NCBI GenBank assembly: GCA_048128005.1
Contig: JBEUKZ010000129.1
Span: 124,001-188,000 of the forward strand
Direction of reading: 5' to 3'
Length of the DNA: 64,000 nucleotides
Source of the DNA: Veleropilina oligotropha
Taxonomy: Eukaryota
Positions 28,001 through 39,603 of the stretch are shown here, one piece after another. Position numbers and translations under genes: made by a program. The first letter of the stretch is position 1, and each line of letters opens with the position of its first letter. The notes below the pieces were generated by a model that was given only the letters and a program-made list of their open reading frames with translations, did no database searches and was not told the DNA's origin.

Positions 28001-29344
28001 GACCCTATCTCGTGGTAAAATATTGAGTAAATCAAATCAATGGTTGTTGAGATATACTCGCGGACAGACAGGCAAACAAACAAACAGGTAGACAGACAGA
28101 AAAACCTACCCAATTGCAGTATACCTTCTCTCACAACTTCGTGGACGAAGGTATTAAAAGTAGATTTTACTCTTTGCTCCAATTTAAAGGTAGAATTCAT
28201 ATCGATCATATAATTATTACCTGGTAACCATGACAAAGGTAAAGTTCATATTGATCATATATTACCTGGTAACCATAATAGATTTATGATTACATATAAA
28301 TCATGCCAACGCTTACACAAATAAGTTCATTCATCGTATCATAATTACATAAAATGAAATAACATATAAACGAATAACAAAAAACGCACATATACGTGAC
28401 TAAAAGATGTGACATATGTTGAAAAACAATTGCGATAATTGGGGGGAGGTCGAGTTGCGACATATGGAGTGAAAAGTGGTGACAATTGAGGGGATGATTT
28501 TTGCGCCAATTAATAATAATAATACTCCGGTCTTATATAGCGCATTGTTACGCTAATGTCTCAATGGCCTGAACATTATTATCCCTGGTTATGGGTCTGT
28601 TCCACTCGATATGCCATCTCAACTCCCTCTGGGAGCATTAGTCATTTACACGCGGGTATCGCCGTGACTTACATAACTACCAACCAGGTACCCATTCAGA
28701 TCGGCTGGGTGGACAGAGGCAAATATATGCTTATTTCCTTGCCCAAGTGATATCGACGAGCTTTGGGGACTCTGTGACCAGTCCTGTGAACAACCCACTG
28801 AGCCACGACGGCATTACTGACCCAATAATATGAAAAGTGACACTTATTTGCGGTTGATGTGATATTATGGCAATGAGGGGCGCAATAGGCGCTCAACCAA
28901 TTATGCTATGGAATAAAGTTGGCATTCTGTAAAATATGCCGCAAAAGAGTCATTGTTTTTAATTGGAAATTACATTATATCTCTTTGTTTCTTCTTGAAA
29001 AAGTAACTATAATTTTGTATTTTACTTTTGTTTTGTACTTACAGGTGTCACTTTCTCTGGAGCCGAAACAATAAAATTAAGTGAGTAATCTTGAAAAAAT
29101 AACAAAATAAGAGATATGTAACAAAATTACACACGTTATAATTAGCTATAACTTAATTGAACCGGAAGCTTTTCTTTGTTATAGGTTTTATATATTTCTG
29201 TAATGATAGTTTTATTAGTAAATTAACTTCAGAAATGCATGTCTTTCTTCAAGTGTCAAGTCTGTTTTTATCATTGCAGGTACAAGTGTGCGTTTGGCAG
29301 CTTTGTTTATCAGTGGAATGTCCGTTCATCTAACTCGTTTCTGA
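19067..29344 (+). CDS. Two-Ig-domain cell-surface protein, probably GPI-anchored, 287 aa; exons 19067-19118, 25924-26283, 27197-27547, 29045-29080, 29280-29344
   Basis: Signal peptide MDYRITLSVCLMVLAKHVSA. V-type Ig (KLRC...L.F..LQCLDRGQYRCE). C2-type Ig (VVLTCQGQVGSPPGSMVW...FICNVSN). Tail SGA followed by a hydrophobic C-terminus. All four introns are GT-AG, phase 1, and the joined frame is open to TGA 29342-29344. Confidence 0.85.
20785..21720. repeat. 31/32-bp minisatellite (GATCCTATG[G]ATATCATCA[C/G]CTGTTTGGGG[C/T]C)
   Basis: More than 25 head-to-tail copies with no unique spacers, in intron 1 of the Ig gene. Confidence 0.95.
23055..24656 (+). mobile_element. 5'-truncated L2/CR1-group LINE
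   Basis: RT ORF, short 3' UTR with GAGCGC...GCGCT stem, and a (CAT)7 tail at 24636-24656. Inserted within the minisatellite. Confidence 0.92.
23076..24515 (+). CDS. Non-LTR reverse transcriptase (ORF2 C-terminal part, uninterrupted)
   Basis: FRPVSNLPYVSKLLE, QSAYRPGHSCETA, LLDLSAAFD, GVPQGSVLGPILF, FADDT, HITPVLRDLHWLPV. Confidence 0.95.
   Translation: MINSSLQLSKVPRTFKAAAIKPLMKKTGMDPNDCKSFRPVSNLPYVSKLLERVVAKQLVHHLTSHDLLDSFQSAYRPGHSCETAVLRVLNDILCSADSGDLTLLVLLDLSAAFDVINHELLLSRLSNEAGVTGSALQWFHSYLTDRTQRVIVNSASSEDRPLCCGVPQGSVLGPILFTVYTCQLGRIIEDHGLSRKLFADDTEMYQSFHPDPASADAAVYAVERCALAVKSWMTANRLKLNDSKTEAIICGSEANLQKVEINSIRVGSSDIMLSDTVRDLGFFIDSRLKLTYHVSTVVRSCFYQLRALGRLRPQLNKRTANAVAVALIQSRLDYCNSCLWGLPQNQLQRLQKVQNTAARIVSRIKRSQHITPVLRDLHWLPVKKRIDHKLLSLTYSCLEGSAPVYLQDLISRHEPSRALRSASKSLLKVPGAHRHKRKTLGARSFECAAPGLWNSLPLSLRECDSKMSFKRQLKTFLFE
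24919..25028. repeat. 21-bp tandem repeat (AAATTATCATAGGGAACACGT) x5
   Basis: Direct inspection. Confidence 0.9.
28511..28815 (-). mobile_element. tRNA-derived SINE with conserved core and L2-like tail
   Basis: On the minus strand: head GCCGTCGTGGCTCAGTGG, core CTTGGGCAAG...CTGTCCACCCAG...AATGGGTACCTGG, tail GCGCTATATAAG...(ATT)n. A related partial copy lies at ~4258-4460. Confidence 0.7.
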
Positions 29345-29678
29345 TATGCATAATCATCATCCTGTCTGTCCGCAATCTCTTGGCGTTAATATAAAAAGTT
29401 AGGCGCTCAACTTAATTACCTCTGGATTGCACCTTAATATCTTAGACCCCCAACTTATTATATTAGGCACCCGACTTAATTAACTCGCTCCCACAACTTA
29501 ATAACTTGCGCCCACAACTTAAATTAATTCTCAACTTATTATATTTTCCCCAAATTTTGTACGTTTGGTGTTTAATTATCTCAATATGTTGGTCTCATAA
29601 GTTAGTAATTTTGACGCCTAACTTAATTATCTTGGGCCCCCAAATCAGTATCTTTGGCGCCCAGCTTTAATATCTTAA

Positions 29679-29900
29679 AGGGGCACTGTATACCTGGAAT
29701 TCAAGAAAATCACTACAGTTAGATTTTCCCGAACGAGGCTGTAACTATTTATAGAACCCCTTTTCTAGCGTGCAATAGGCTCGCGACTTAATTGTCGTGA
29801 CAAGAAACATGGACAGGTCAACTTAGAAAACTGGAAAATCATGACCGAACTGTGGGAACTACTAAAATGTGAGATGCGTTTTAGGGTATAAAGTGCCCCT
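29679..29900. mobile_element. Kolobok-type MITE
   Basis: Termini AGGGGCACT.TATACC and GGTATAAAGTGCCCCT, flanked by TTAA on both sides. A partial inverted copy starts at ~26613. Confidence 0.7.
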
Positions 29901-32832
29901 TTAAGTTTGGGACCCCAGATATTAGGTTGGGTGCCAAAAATGTTTGTATATGTCATTGCATATTGTATGTCACGTGATATTTGAAAAATCCCAGAAAAAA
30001 GGCAGGTCCACTTAATGACCACAGCCGTTCACGTAGACATTTCCTGTATAAGTCAAATTTGAACCAGTGCTAAGCTACTCATTGTATATAACCTGTATTC
30101 GATCATATCATGACCATTGTATATTTTGTTTACAAATTATGTACGAGTAAATGCAGCACGTCATATTGGAAGGTTACGGCTTCTTTTGTACTCTGTTTAT
30201 GAATTCAAGTGTTTTGTGATAGAGACGTTTAGTAAATAAATCAACTACATTTATCTTTACTTCATTTATTCTAAGGAACACCATATATATTGTTAGGCTA
30301 CTCATGGCATATATAGCCTTTTCTCTATCATGAGTATTTGTATACTTTTCTAAATTGTAAATAGGTACAAGTATGACTTCGTATATGAACGTTACGTATT
30401 TATGCTGCTTATATACTTGGCTTATAAATGTTTGTATGCTTTTTTATAATGACGTTAAATAAATAAATTAATTCGCAAAATTACACTTTACATTCTGACC
30501 AACCCAACAGTGCACTGTCTTGACAAAGTGGGCAACATTTTCGATATTTATGGTGAGCTGAGGGTGCTTCTCGCTCAGTTATGTTCGCTTGAATATCTGG
30601 CTTGCTCCGGAAAGTAGAACTTGACACAGTTTCACGACGAATTGCTTGGTTGGGTTCAAGTAAAGTCTTCACTTGAAACAGCGAGAGAGAGAGTTTCCAT
30701 GGGAATCAAGTGTAACTGGACATATAAATTCTGATCAATTTAGTAAATTGGGCACAAGATTTACTAAATTCAAAACCAAATTAATATGTAAAAGAGCCCT
30801 AGGACCGGAATAAAAAGTAACTTTATACTACGTCTAGAAAACAAATAGCAAAGCAAACGGCTTGACATCGAAGTTACAATGATCTGGTTTGCCATGAGTT
30901 AAGATCGATATTATCTACCATTGCAAACTTGACACAATTTAATGTAAGAATTTCTTCGCAACAATAATTAAGTCCTGGCAGAACTGGTACGCACTCGCAG
31001 CCAGAAAACGCAATGATTGCCAAATACATCCAAATACTTATCCGTAGGCTGCAAATGACAATTACAATTTCCGAACGGACATTTCGCTGCATGTCGCAGG
31101 TGGTATGAATTATAATGATTAGGATGAGATGAATAAATCAACTACTCGCGGACAAATTAATACGCCCAATCTATTTGGAACCTCTTTATTGTTTAGAGCC
31201 AATGTTATTTCATTTATTTATACCCCAGTTTTTCCGCAAATTCTAGTTAGGAATATTTTCTCCTGTTGTGTGTTATTCATCTCTAATTGTTTGGTTTGAT
31301 AATAAAATAATTTTCTTTTAAATTCTAGTATCGTATCAAACATTAACATTAACCACCCAGTGACTGAAAAACTGTAATCAAGCTATCCATGTATCTCACT
31401 TGCCAAACAAACTGTAATTGTCTGGCAACACACAGTTTCATAAGGTGGGCACGGTACGTTTGATCGAGAACGGGTATCGATCGACAATGGACAGCCGATC
31501 TAAGTAACTTTTCAAATTTGGTATCAAACCAAAGATTAACATGCGTACTACAATGGTTTTGTGCATGTTGGTCTTCGTTCAAATACTTTTAACCACATCG
31601 TCTATGATTATTACTAAACGAAATCTTCGTTAACACTAAATTTGTATGCGCTCTTTCGTTTCCACACCATATCTCAAGAAAGATATCATCTTTAAATATG
31701 AAACTTGCTAACTTAATCATGTGACAAGGAAGAAGCCTCTTCATTTTTATCCCATCGACTATAAAGCCGTCTTGGCGCCGTCCGTATGTGACCGGGGACT
31801 ACAAAATTGAGGGGGACATGATGGTCATCAGGACTTTGAAGGGTCTTACGGGTTCGAATATACTATCAATGGCCGCATCGTGGGACCCCGTTCCCCGGGG
31901 GAAGAAATGTTGACAAAAAACCGTGCGAAACACCCTCTCCTGTATTCTGATGATGTAAATGTGATATTTCTTAACAATATTTACGATTCATTTCACCACT
32001 TCATAAAAGGTGTAGGCATGTAATAGCTTCATGTCCAGTCTTCATAAAATGGTGACTGTTGGTAGATGCAGATATCTCAGGATATTGTATGTGTGATAAA
32101 AGCTACGAACAAAGATATACTTTGTCTTCTGTCTATGGGCATCAGTAAAATATTGCGGGGGGTGAAATAATCCCTTTATTTGTTTAAAATCGCACACAAT
32201 TGCATAAAGTGGGCATTGTTGATCGAAAGCAGATTTTCCTCGAAAACGAATTTTGATTTAAAATGGAGGTAAAAATCAATTCTCGAGATGGTGCACACAA
32301 AATCTATGAAGTCGGATATATACTTCGAGTCTATCTAACGGCACCATTAAATATTGGGGGGGTAATACCCGTTATTTTATAACAAACTATGAACCCGCGT
32401 ATATAATTTGAGTACATGTGGCTCCTACGCCACTGTCGTGGACACAATTTAAGGAAACCATAATGACTAGGGGGTTCAAATTTGGTATGCTCGTTTATTG
32501 GGTCATAAACTACTAGATCAGTAGTCCGTTTGTCTGGCCATCCGTATAGATGAAGTGAACAGGACTTAAGAAAACAGTAATGACTAGGGAGTTTAAATTA
32601 GGTATGGTCTATTGGGCCATAAACTAGATTTCTATTGAATTTGGTGTTATTTCGAACATTTTGTCCTTTTGTCTGTCATTCCATATAGATGATGTGAACA
32701 GAATTTTAAAAAAACACTAGACCTCTCCGCAGTATCGCAGTGCGAGTTAGAGGCAAGTTGTCCAAAAAATGCGTTTCATTGGATATATTATAGGCTTTCG
32801 TCTCACCATAATATGGACATGTCCTTCTATGA

Positions 32833-33086
32833 GGAATGATGCTTAATATCCTGTATATTTACAACATCGAGGTTCAAGGCAGGACATGTCCGTGTTATCG
32901 CGGGAGGAAACCCCGGTCGCCCGGGTAAACCCGCCCTCTTCGGCCAGTCACGGACAACTGTGATTTATAACTTGAACAAATTTCAATGCCTCAGCCAGGT
33001 ATTGAACCCACTACTGTTCGCATTAGCGGAATCAAGCCAGTGAAGTTAGAGTGGACACTCTACCCACTGCGCTGCCGAAGCGGCCC
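32833..33086 (-). mobile_element. tRNA-derived SINE, same family as 3381-3635
   Basis: Shared ATAACACGGACATGTCC segment and central domain. B-box-like GGTTCAATACC. 11-bp TSD TCCTTCTATGA (32822-32832 and 33087-33097). Confidence 0.8.
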
Positions 33087-34011
33087 TCCTTCTATGATCC
33101 AAAGAGGATATTTACTTGGACAACTTAACACCACTTGTATATTTCCAGGGTACTAAACTACATTAAAAGTAAATATAGTGCTATAACGATATAATTGTAT
33201 GCCCGCTGAAAGCAGGTCTTATTATAGTATGGTAGTGTCGGTCAACTTACCCAGACTATATATATTTCGCACAATTTTTAACTTGCAGCTATAATTTTTG
33301 GCGGATATATACACAAGTTGGAGATGACATGGCGCAAACCAAATTTTATGGTATGGCACTATTCGTCCGTTCAGTTTTGTCCTGGCTACATCCCGTAGTT
33401 TTTATCTTGCAGCTATAATTATTTGTGGGTATATATATATACACCAATTGGAGACAAAATGTTGCATACCAAATTTATGATCTATCTCCATCTGCTGCAG
33501 ACTGCACATGTCCAGTTGTTGATATCTTGTGTGCATATATGAAATGGTGCAAGGTTTAAATCAGAGTTATCCATCTCCGGCTAGTACTAAATAGCATTCA
33601 GCGCTTATATGCTTGGCACGGGTTGTTTGTCAAATTAAATACTTCGCCTCAAACTAATGCATTTCGGGCATATGTCGAGTTCACTTCATCTCGTTTTTTG
33701 TTATTTCCATAGCAACAGATTGAAAACCAGCTAATTTAAATAATATGCACTTTTAAGGAAAGCCTAAGGGTTTTAAAATTTGATACATATGTTTATTGTG
33801 TCATAAACTTGGTTCCTTTTAACCTGACAAAGTCGATGGGATAATGTGTGGCTTGAACACTTCTTGTCAATCATATATGTGGCTTGAATCAAACCTTTTC
33901 AGACACAAGGCTTAGCTTAAATTAGTTGTTAGACACAAACTTTAAACAATATTTCTTTCTAATTTTTTGCTGTATTAGGAAACCAAAATGTGTATTAAAA
34001 ATAAATCTAGG

Positions 34012-34298
34012 AGCAGCAGGGGGGGTGACCATACCTTTTATGTGGGGGCGCGGCGAGGGAAATTAGGGCTCCCAGCACCTTTTCAGAATTAATATGGATC
34101 TCAACCCAGCAGCAGGGGGGGTGAATGCACTTTTTAGAATGGGAAAATAAGGCTCCCAGCACCATTTCAGAACTGAGCTGGTATTACTGAGGGGAACTAG
34201 GGAGTTCAGACTAGGGCCCCGGGGCGACCGTGGAGGCTCCCAGCACCCTTTCAGACCCCAGGGTATATCGTGTATTACAAAAAGTTACCGTGTGTACA
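34012..34298 (+). repeat. Left terminal inverted repeat
   Basis: First ~195 bp match the right end with about 7 mismatches. Weaker similarity continues to TGTATTACAAAAAGTTACCGTGTGTACA (34298). Confidence 0.93.
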
Positions 34299-34402
34299 GA
34301 GCGAGTAGCATGTAGTAAGAGCCCCAGGGACGGCCCACTACCCTCGCCGGCCCGGGCTCTTGTGTGTTAGTGTCATAACCTATTTAGAGACTGGTATATA
34401 CG

Positions 34403-34702
34403 ATGATAACCGCGATAACTATGTGGGGAAAGAATGTATGCCCTTGGTTGACAGTTAATGCCGCTGGAGTTTGTGGTCGTAGCTGCGTCAACGAATTTTG
34501 CAATGCCCATCGACGGCAAATTCGGATGGGTATAACACCATCCCCGCCATGTAAGAGATGTGGCAAGGGCACGAAATCGGCCGTTCGGGTGTGTAGACCA
34601 TGTGGAGGTCGTCGTGCCGCCCAGGCTCTCATAAACACTAAAAACCGAGCTCGCCGTCTCTACGGCGCAGTATTGCGCGAGTTGCTGTCGCGCACGACAT
34701 AA
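34403..34702 (+). CDS. Small Cys/His-rich zinc-finger protein
   Basis: C...CGRSC...FC..H and CKRCG...C..CG clusters. First ORF inside the TIR. Confidence 0.7.
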   Translation: MITAITMWGKNVCPWLTVNAAGVCGRSCVNEFCNAHRRQIRMGITPSPPCKRCGKGTKSAVRVCRPCGGRRAAQALINTKNRARRLYGAVLRELLSRTT

Positions 34703-34750
34703 AAAGTTCCAATTAGAGACTTGTGTTATAGGGTCATATCGCAATACGTC

Positions 34751-37700
34751 ATGCCTCTCATCAGTGGACTGCATAATTTAGCGAAAGATTATGGGATTCC
34801 CGCTCGGTCGAAGCTCAAGCGGAACGACCTCATCAGGGCAATAGCCGGGGTCCGTGCTGCGGAGTTTCGGAGGAGACTCGAGCGGGCGATGAAAACGGGA
34901 AGGTTCCCCTCCATACGTGGAGATGTGGAGAACCCCCACAAAAGAGGCCGACGTGCTCGCGAGTTGCGGCAGATTAAGGACGAGGTCGACGCCGCCCTGC
35001 AGGCTCGTAAATACGAATCCCAGGCTGAGAAAACGCCCGGGATTCGACTGAAGCCACTTCGCGCCATCACGGATCGAATCGTCAAGCAGTCTCGGAAAGA
35101 GACCCTTGCCCATGCTATTGCTCGGAAGGGGCCCGATCTTCTCATCTCCAAAACGCCCCGGACAGCCCAGGACTACCAGAAGGATCTTCTAGGGCAATTT
35201 ACCACACCCGAGGGACAACGATTCATCGACCTGGATGACCGGGTCCCTCCCCCAGTAAGGCTCCCAGCAAAAGAGCCATGGGTGGAACTCTTGAGCGACG
35301 CCAAAGACGAGTTTGAGGTCGATGGCGCCGCGGCGGCCTTCTCCACATGGAGGGTAGAAGTGGACATTAAGATCGCACCGGCCCTGGATGCCCGTATGAC
35401 AGATGCAAGGGCGGCACAGCTCCTCACAGCCCTTCCAAAGGGCGAGTATGTCCTTAGAATAAAGTTCTTGCGTGAGTGGAGTGAAGGTGACTGGATGGTC
35501 GAAGACAAGTTTGACCCGGTGAAAGCTGCGAGGAAGAAGGGCCAGGGTGTCTTTGAGATATCCCATGACACTAAGCCGGGTGCTATCACTGGGGTCGACA
35601 AAGTATATTACGAGAACGCCTACCCGGTCACTGCAGTCGTCTACGGCGTCTATCCTCTCAGAGAACCAAACCCCGCCAATCTGGTTCCGATGAAGAACGG
35701 CGACCTCAACTGCATTGCCCAAAGAGTGATTGAGCACTTTGAAGGTGCCCTGCGAGGACACGGACTCACCCCGACAAGACGGCAGAAAATACAGGAGTGG
35801 GAAGAGCGAGTTCATGTAACAGGCGCCACTGTGGATGATATATCCATCCTCGAGAGGATCCTCAAACGGGCGATCGTCTTGAGAGATATTGCCGGCGAGG
35901 ACGTCTTCAACAGTGGAAAATACCAGGCCAGTATGTGAAAGTCCATAGAACTCATATGCCACAACGGCCACGCCTGGTCCAAAGACCTACACTTCCCGCA
36001 AAGTAGAGAGGTCCACCTGTATGAGGGCGATGTCTGGGAAGCTATTCGACAAGCCACACAGAATGAGCCATTGGCTGTCTGGCTCCTAGGCGGTAAAGAC
36101 CGACAGCTCGGCGTGGACCAGTTCGTGCTGCAAGATGGCCGCACGTACCGGATAAAAGAGGCTCACGAGAGACTTCAAGAAGCCTGTACAGCGCTGGGGA
36201 ATGAGTCCCTAGCCGATCGAGCCTTTGGCGAGAACCATGCAGCTAGCATTATGGCTAAGGAGCACAACGGCTGGAAACCTACCCCAGCGGGCCTGCTCGA
36301 TGATATCCAGAAGGCCTGCGTAGAGCATGGCCACGGCGGTCTCTGGAATTCCATGAATTACGACACGGGCGATGTCTGCTGCATCGATATGAAAGCCTGC
36401 TACCCTGCCAGCTTTCTGGGGAAGGGCGAGGCTAAGCCCTATTTCGAAAGATTCGGACATCCACTCCACAGCATGACCCGGGTCGCAATTAACGGTCCTC
36501 TTCCCGAAGATATCGACACCGGGTTTGCTGAGGTCGTGGGGTGGGAGTTCGCACAAGACATCCACCCCGTCATCCCCGCCTGGTTTGGCAAGCACTTTGC
36601 AGAAAATAGCTGGGCACCAACCCCGCTGCTCGCCTTCCTCGTAGAATCTGGACTGCTAAAAAGCCTCAAGATCCGAGAGGCCATCATCGCGTTCAAAGCC
36701 CAGACCGATGTCTGGCTTCCGGAGAATCGTGACCAGGGCTGCAGTATCATCGGCAAATTCACCCAAGGCGCCAAGGCCGAGGGTAAACGATTGACACGGA
36801 GGCTTGTGATTGACCAGGGAGAGCTCGACTTCCTGGTACGAGACACCCGCCAAAGCGGTACCCTGGTCGGCGCACCTCAAAGGTGCCCTATGGGGCACAT
36901 CCTCACGTACTATGATGGCTCCCAGCCTCAGTACGCCCACCTGAGGGCCAGCATGTTGGCCTATGCCCACATAAACCTCTTGAGCATGGTCCAGCGTTTC
37001 AGTGCAGCAGAAGCCGTCCGGGTAGCCACTGACAGCATCTACCTCAAGAAGGCCTCGTTGGAGAAGCTCGACGATGTCACGGTGTACATTGCCCCCAAAC
37101 TCTGCGACTGTCGCAGCCAATCGTGCATCTCATGTCTGATCGGGGAGCCGTACCTTCCGCCAGTAGCACCGGCCCAGTGGCGTGACAAGGGCGAACAGCT
37201 GTACGTGCCACAGGAACATGCCGCATACCTGCCCAAGCCAGAGTATTGTTGTGCCGCCAATTCCAGCCAGCCGAGCACCGCGCCATGCTACAACGACACG
37301 CTGACCCACCATCGCCTGAGTTACCTCAACGGTGGAGGGGGCTGTGGCAAAACCACGAGAGCTATAGAGCTCTTTCGGGCAAGGAATCCCGTCGTGTTCA
37401 CACCAACCCACCGCCTCGCTAAAGAGATGCGGACCCGGGGTGTCAAAGCCCAGACCTACCACAGCTTCTTCCGATGGAGCGGCCAGAATGACTGGACGCC
37501 TGACCGCAGGGCGCAACATAAGGAAATTGGCCTGTAACCTGTAGGAGGTTCCAGGAATTGTGGTACCTGTAACCTTTTTGTCGGCTGAGCGGCCGAAGGC
37601 CGCGAACACTGAGAGCGGCCGTAGGCCGCGAATAGCTAGGGTTTTTTTTTTCATTTGCACCCTCTGAGAGGCGTTCTCCTGCATTCTGGGTCACATATTC

Positions 37701-39603
37701 ACTAATTTATTTGTCTCAAAATTACATGTTTTTGACTAGAAATTATTGTATTTTAAAATATTCGATAATAATAGTATTTACTCCGCATATTTTCCTGCAT
37801 TCTGAAATATATATACTTCGTTGCTTCAATATTATTTTTTCCATTGTCCTACGTACGTACTATTACATATTTACAGTCTTTTGCCGGCTTGGTATGATTT
37901 CTACACTTGTAACTGTTTCACTTTCTCTTCCCCACGCACTGTAATGCGACCCTTTGCTGCCTTGGCTGAAGCCATCAGCAGGCCTACGCTATTTTTAGAA
38001 TTCATCATTGGGTTATTCCATTTTAATGCTAAGAATAGACGTCTATGCGCTTTGTAAAGGAAATGCTTGTCATGTGATAATAGACAGCGAAAATTGGTGA
38101 TGTACTCCACAAATGTCAATTTGTCATCACTTTATGTACACAAAAATAAATACGTGTTTGGCTTGCTGTTTGGTTTGGCAATAAGCAGACGATAAGGGAG
38201 TTGCGGTAAACTAATGGAGTCACGCGTGTCAAGGACACAGCCGAAACAGAAAATATGGCGACCGACCAACTATATAAGACTTTGAACTCGACTTCGTCAC
38301 TTGTCAATTGAAAAGTTTTATTAAGAGGCATTGATTGCGAAATATAACATCACTTTCATAACTTTTTGGATAACATGATAGAGCAGCTATTCGTTCGTGA
38401 GTTTTTAGTATTGATTTCTCCTGTAACCTTTTATTCGTTCGCGGTTTTTAAGAATTGCGTAACCCCCCCGTAACCTGAACGAGCGTTCGCAGTTATGTTG
38501 CGCCCTGTGACCGCATGGGTCAGAAGTTCATCCCGCGCGTCATTATCTGGGACGAGGTTTGTACTGTTCCCCGACCTATCCTCGAGATGTTCTTGGACTG
38601 GCTGGGCCGCCACGAAGTTCAGGTTATCTGCTGTGGCGATCAAGGCCAGCCACCACCGATTACGGGCGAGATGCCGCACGATTGGCTGCGACAGACCGCG
38701 GACTACTATGAAGAGATCGAAGTAGACTACAGGGCGAAAGACGACCCTGCCCTCCAAGCCCTGAAAAGACGGATACGTCTCCAGCCCGACAAAGTCCAGT
38801 GCGGTGAGATGCGACGGACGCTCCCCAGCTGCCTTGGATGGGATCGGTTCGTCAACACCTGGAGGCCAGGCGACCTAATCCTCACCAGCCGTCAGAAGGT
38901 CCGCGAACGGGCTCAACAGCTGTTGCTCCAGAGGCACAAGGAGCACTTCCCAGACTCCATGGTGCCTATCCTGTACCACCCCAGGGACACCCGTAAGCAA
39001 AACATCATGGTAACGATTCCGGGCACCAGCGACAGAGAGGAGCTAGTTCTGAACGACGTCGTCGAGGTCACCATTGACGCCGCTGAGCGGGCTATTCAGA
39101 CCACGGATTGGCGCCTGGGCTATGCTCTCACCATCCATTCGAGCCAGGGTCTTACGATTCACGACCCACAGAAAGTCTGGATCATCGACGACTACCTTCA
39201 GTGGAGTAATCTCGCCTACCTAGCCGTGTCCCGGGTGGAGCTGCTGCATCAGCTCGAACGGGTAACCTGTCCTCCGGATGAGGGTGCTGAGGACAGGCCC
39301 CCGCCGCAAACCGAGCAGCAGCTCCGAAAGACCATCCAGAAAAAGCTTGTGGCATACAAACGCCAGGACCAGGCCAAGGATCTCCCGGGATTTAACCTCA
39401 AGGTCGATGACATCCTGCAGCTCAAAGAAGCCCAAAACAACCGATGCGCAGCATGCAACATAGAGCTGCTCTGGGCCTACCAGCCCAAAGACACACAGCA
39501 GTTCAGTGTCGACCGTGTGGACAACGGCAGGGGCCACATCCGCGACAACGTGCGCTTAACGTGTCTGGAATGTAACCGAAAACGAGGGAGCAGCAGCTGT
39601 TAA
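34751..39603 (+). pseudogene. Replication fusion gene: Rho-N/HEH-like domain, degenerate family-B polymerase, SF1 helicase, HNH-like nuclease (~1281 codons), disrupted by TGA 35936-35938 and MITE 37507-38507
   Basis: ORFs 34721..35938 and 36071..37537 share a frame, and removing the MITE restores ...DWTPDR-MGQKF.... Motifs: LHNLAKDYGIPARSKLKRNDLI; HGGLW, IDMKACYP, SIIGKF, VATDSIY; GGGGCGKT, TPT, IIWDE, CGDQGQ, ALTIHSSQGLT, YLAVSR; CAAC...SVDRVDN..GH..DNV.LTC..CN. Confidence 0.88.
37507..38507. mobile_element. 1001-bp non-autonomous DNA transposon (hAT-like termini) inserted in the helicase domain
   Basis: Perfect 15-bp TIR CAGGGCGCAACATAA / TTATGTTGCGCCCTG. 6-bp TSD TGACCG (37501-37506, 38508-38513). 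AT-rich non-coding interior. Confidence 0.92.

Noticed and set aside
35936..35938. In-frame TGA as programmed readthrough or selenocysteine
   Set aside because: No supporting signal seen. A nonsense mutation (from CGA or TGG) is simpler because the same gene is also hit by a MITE. Sibling copies would decide.
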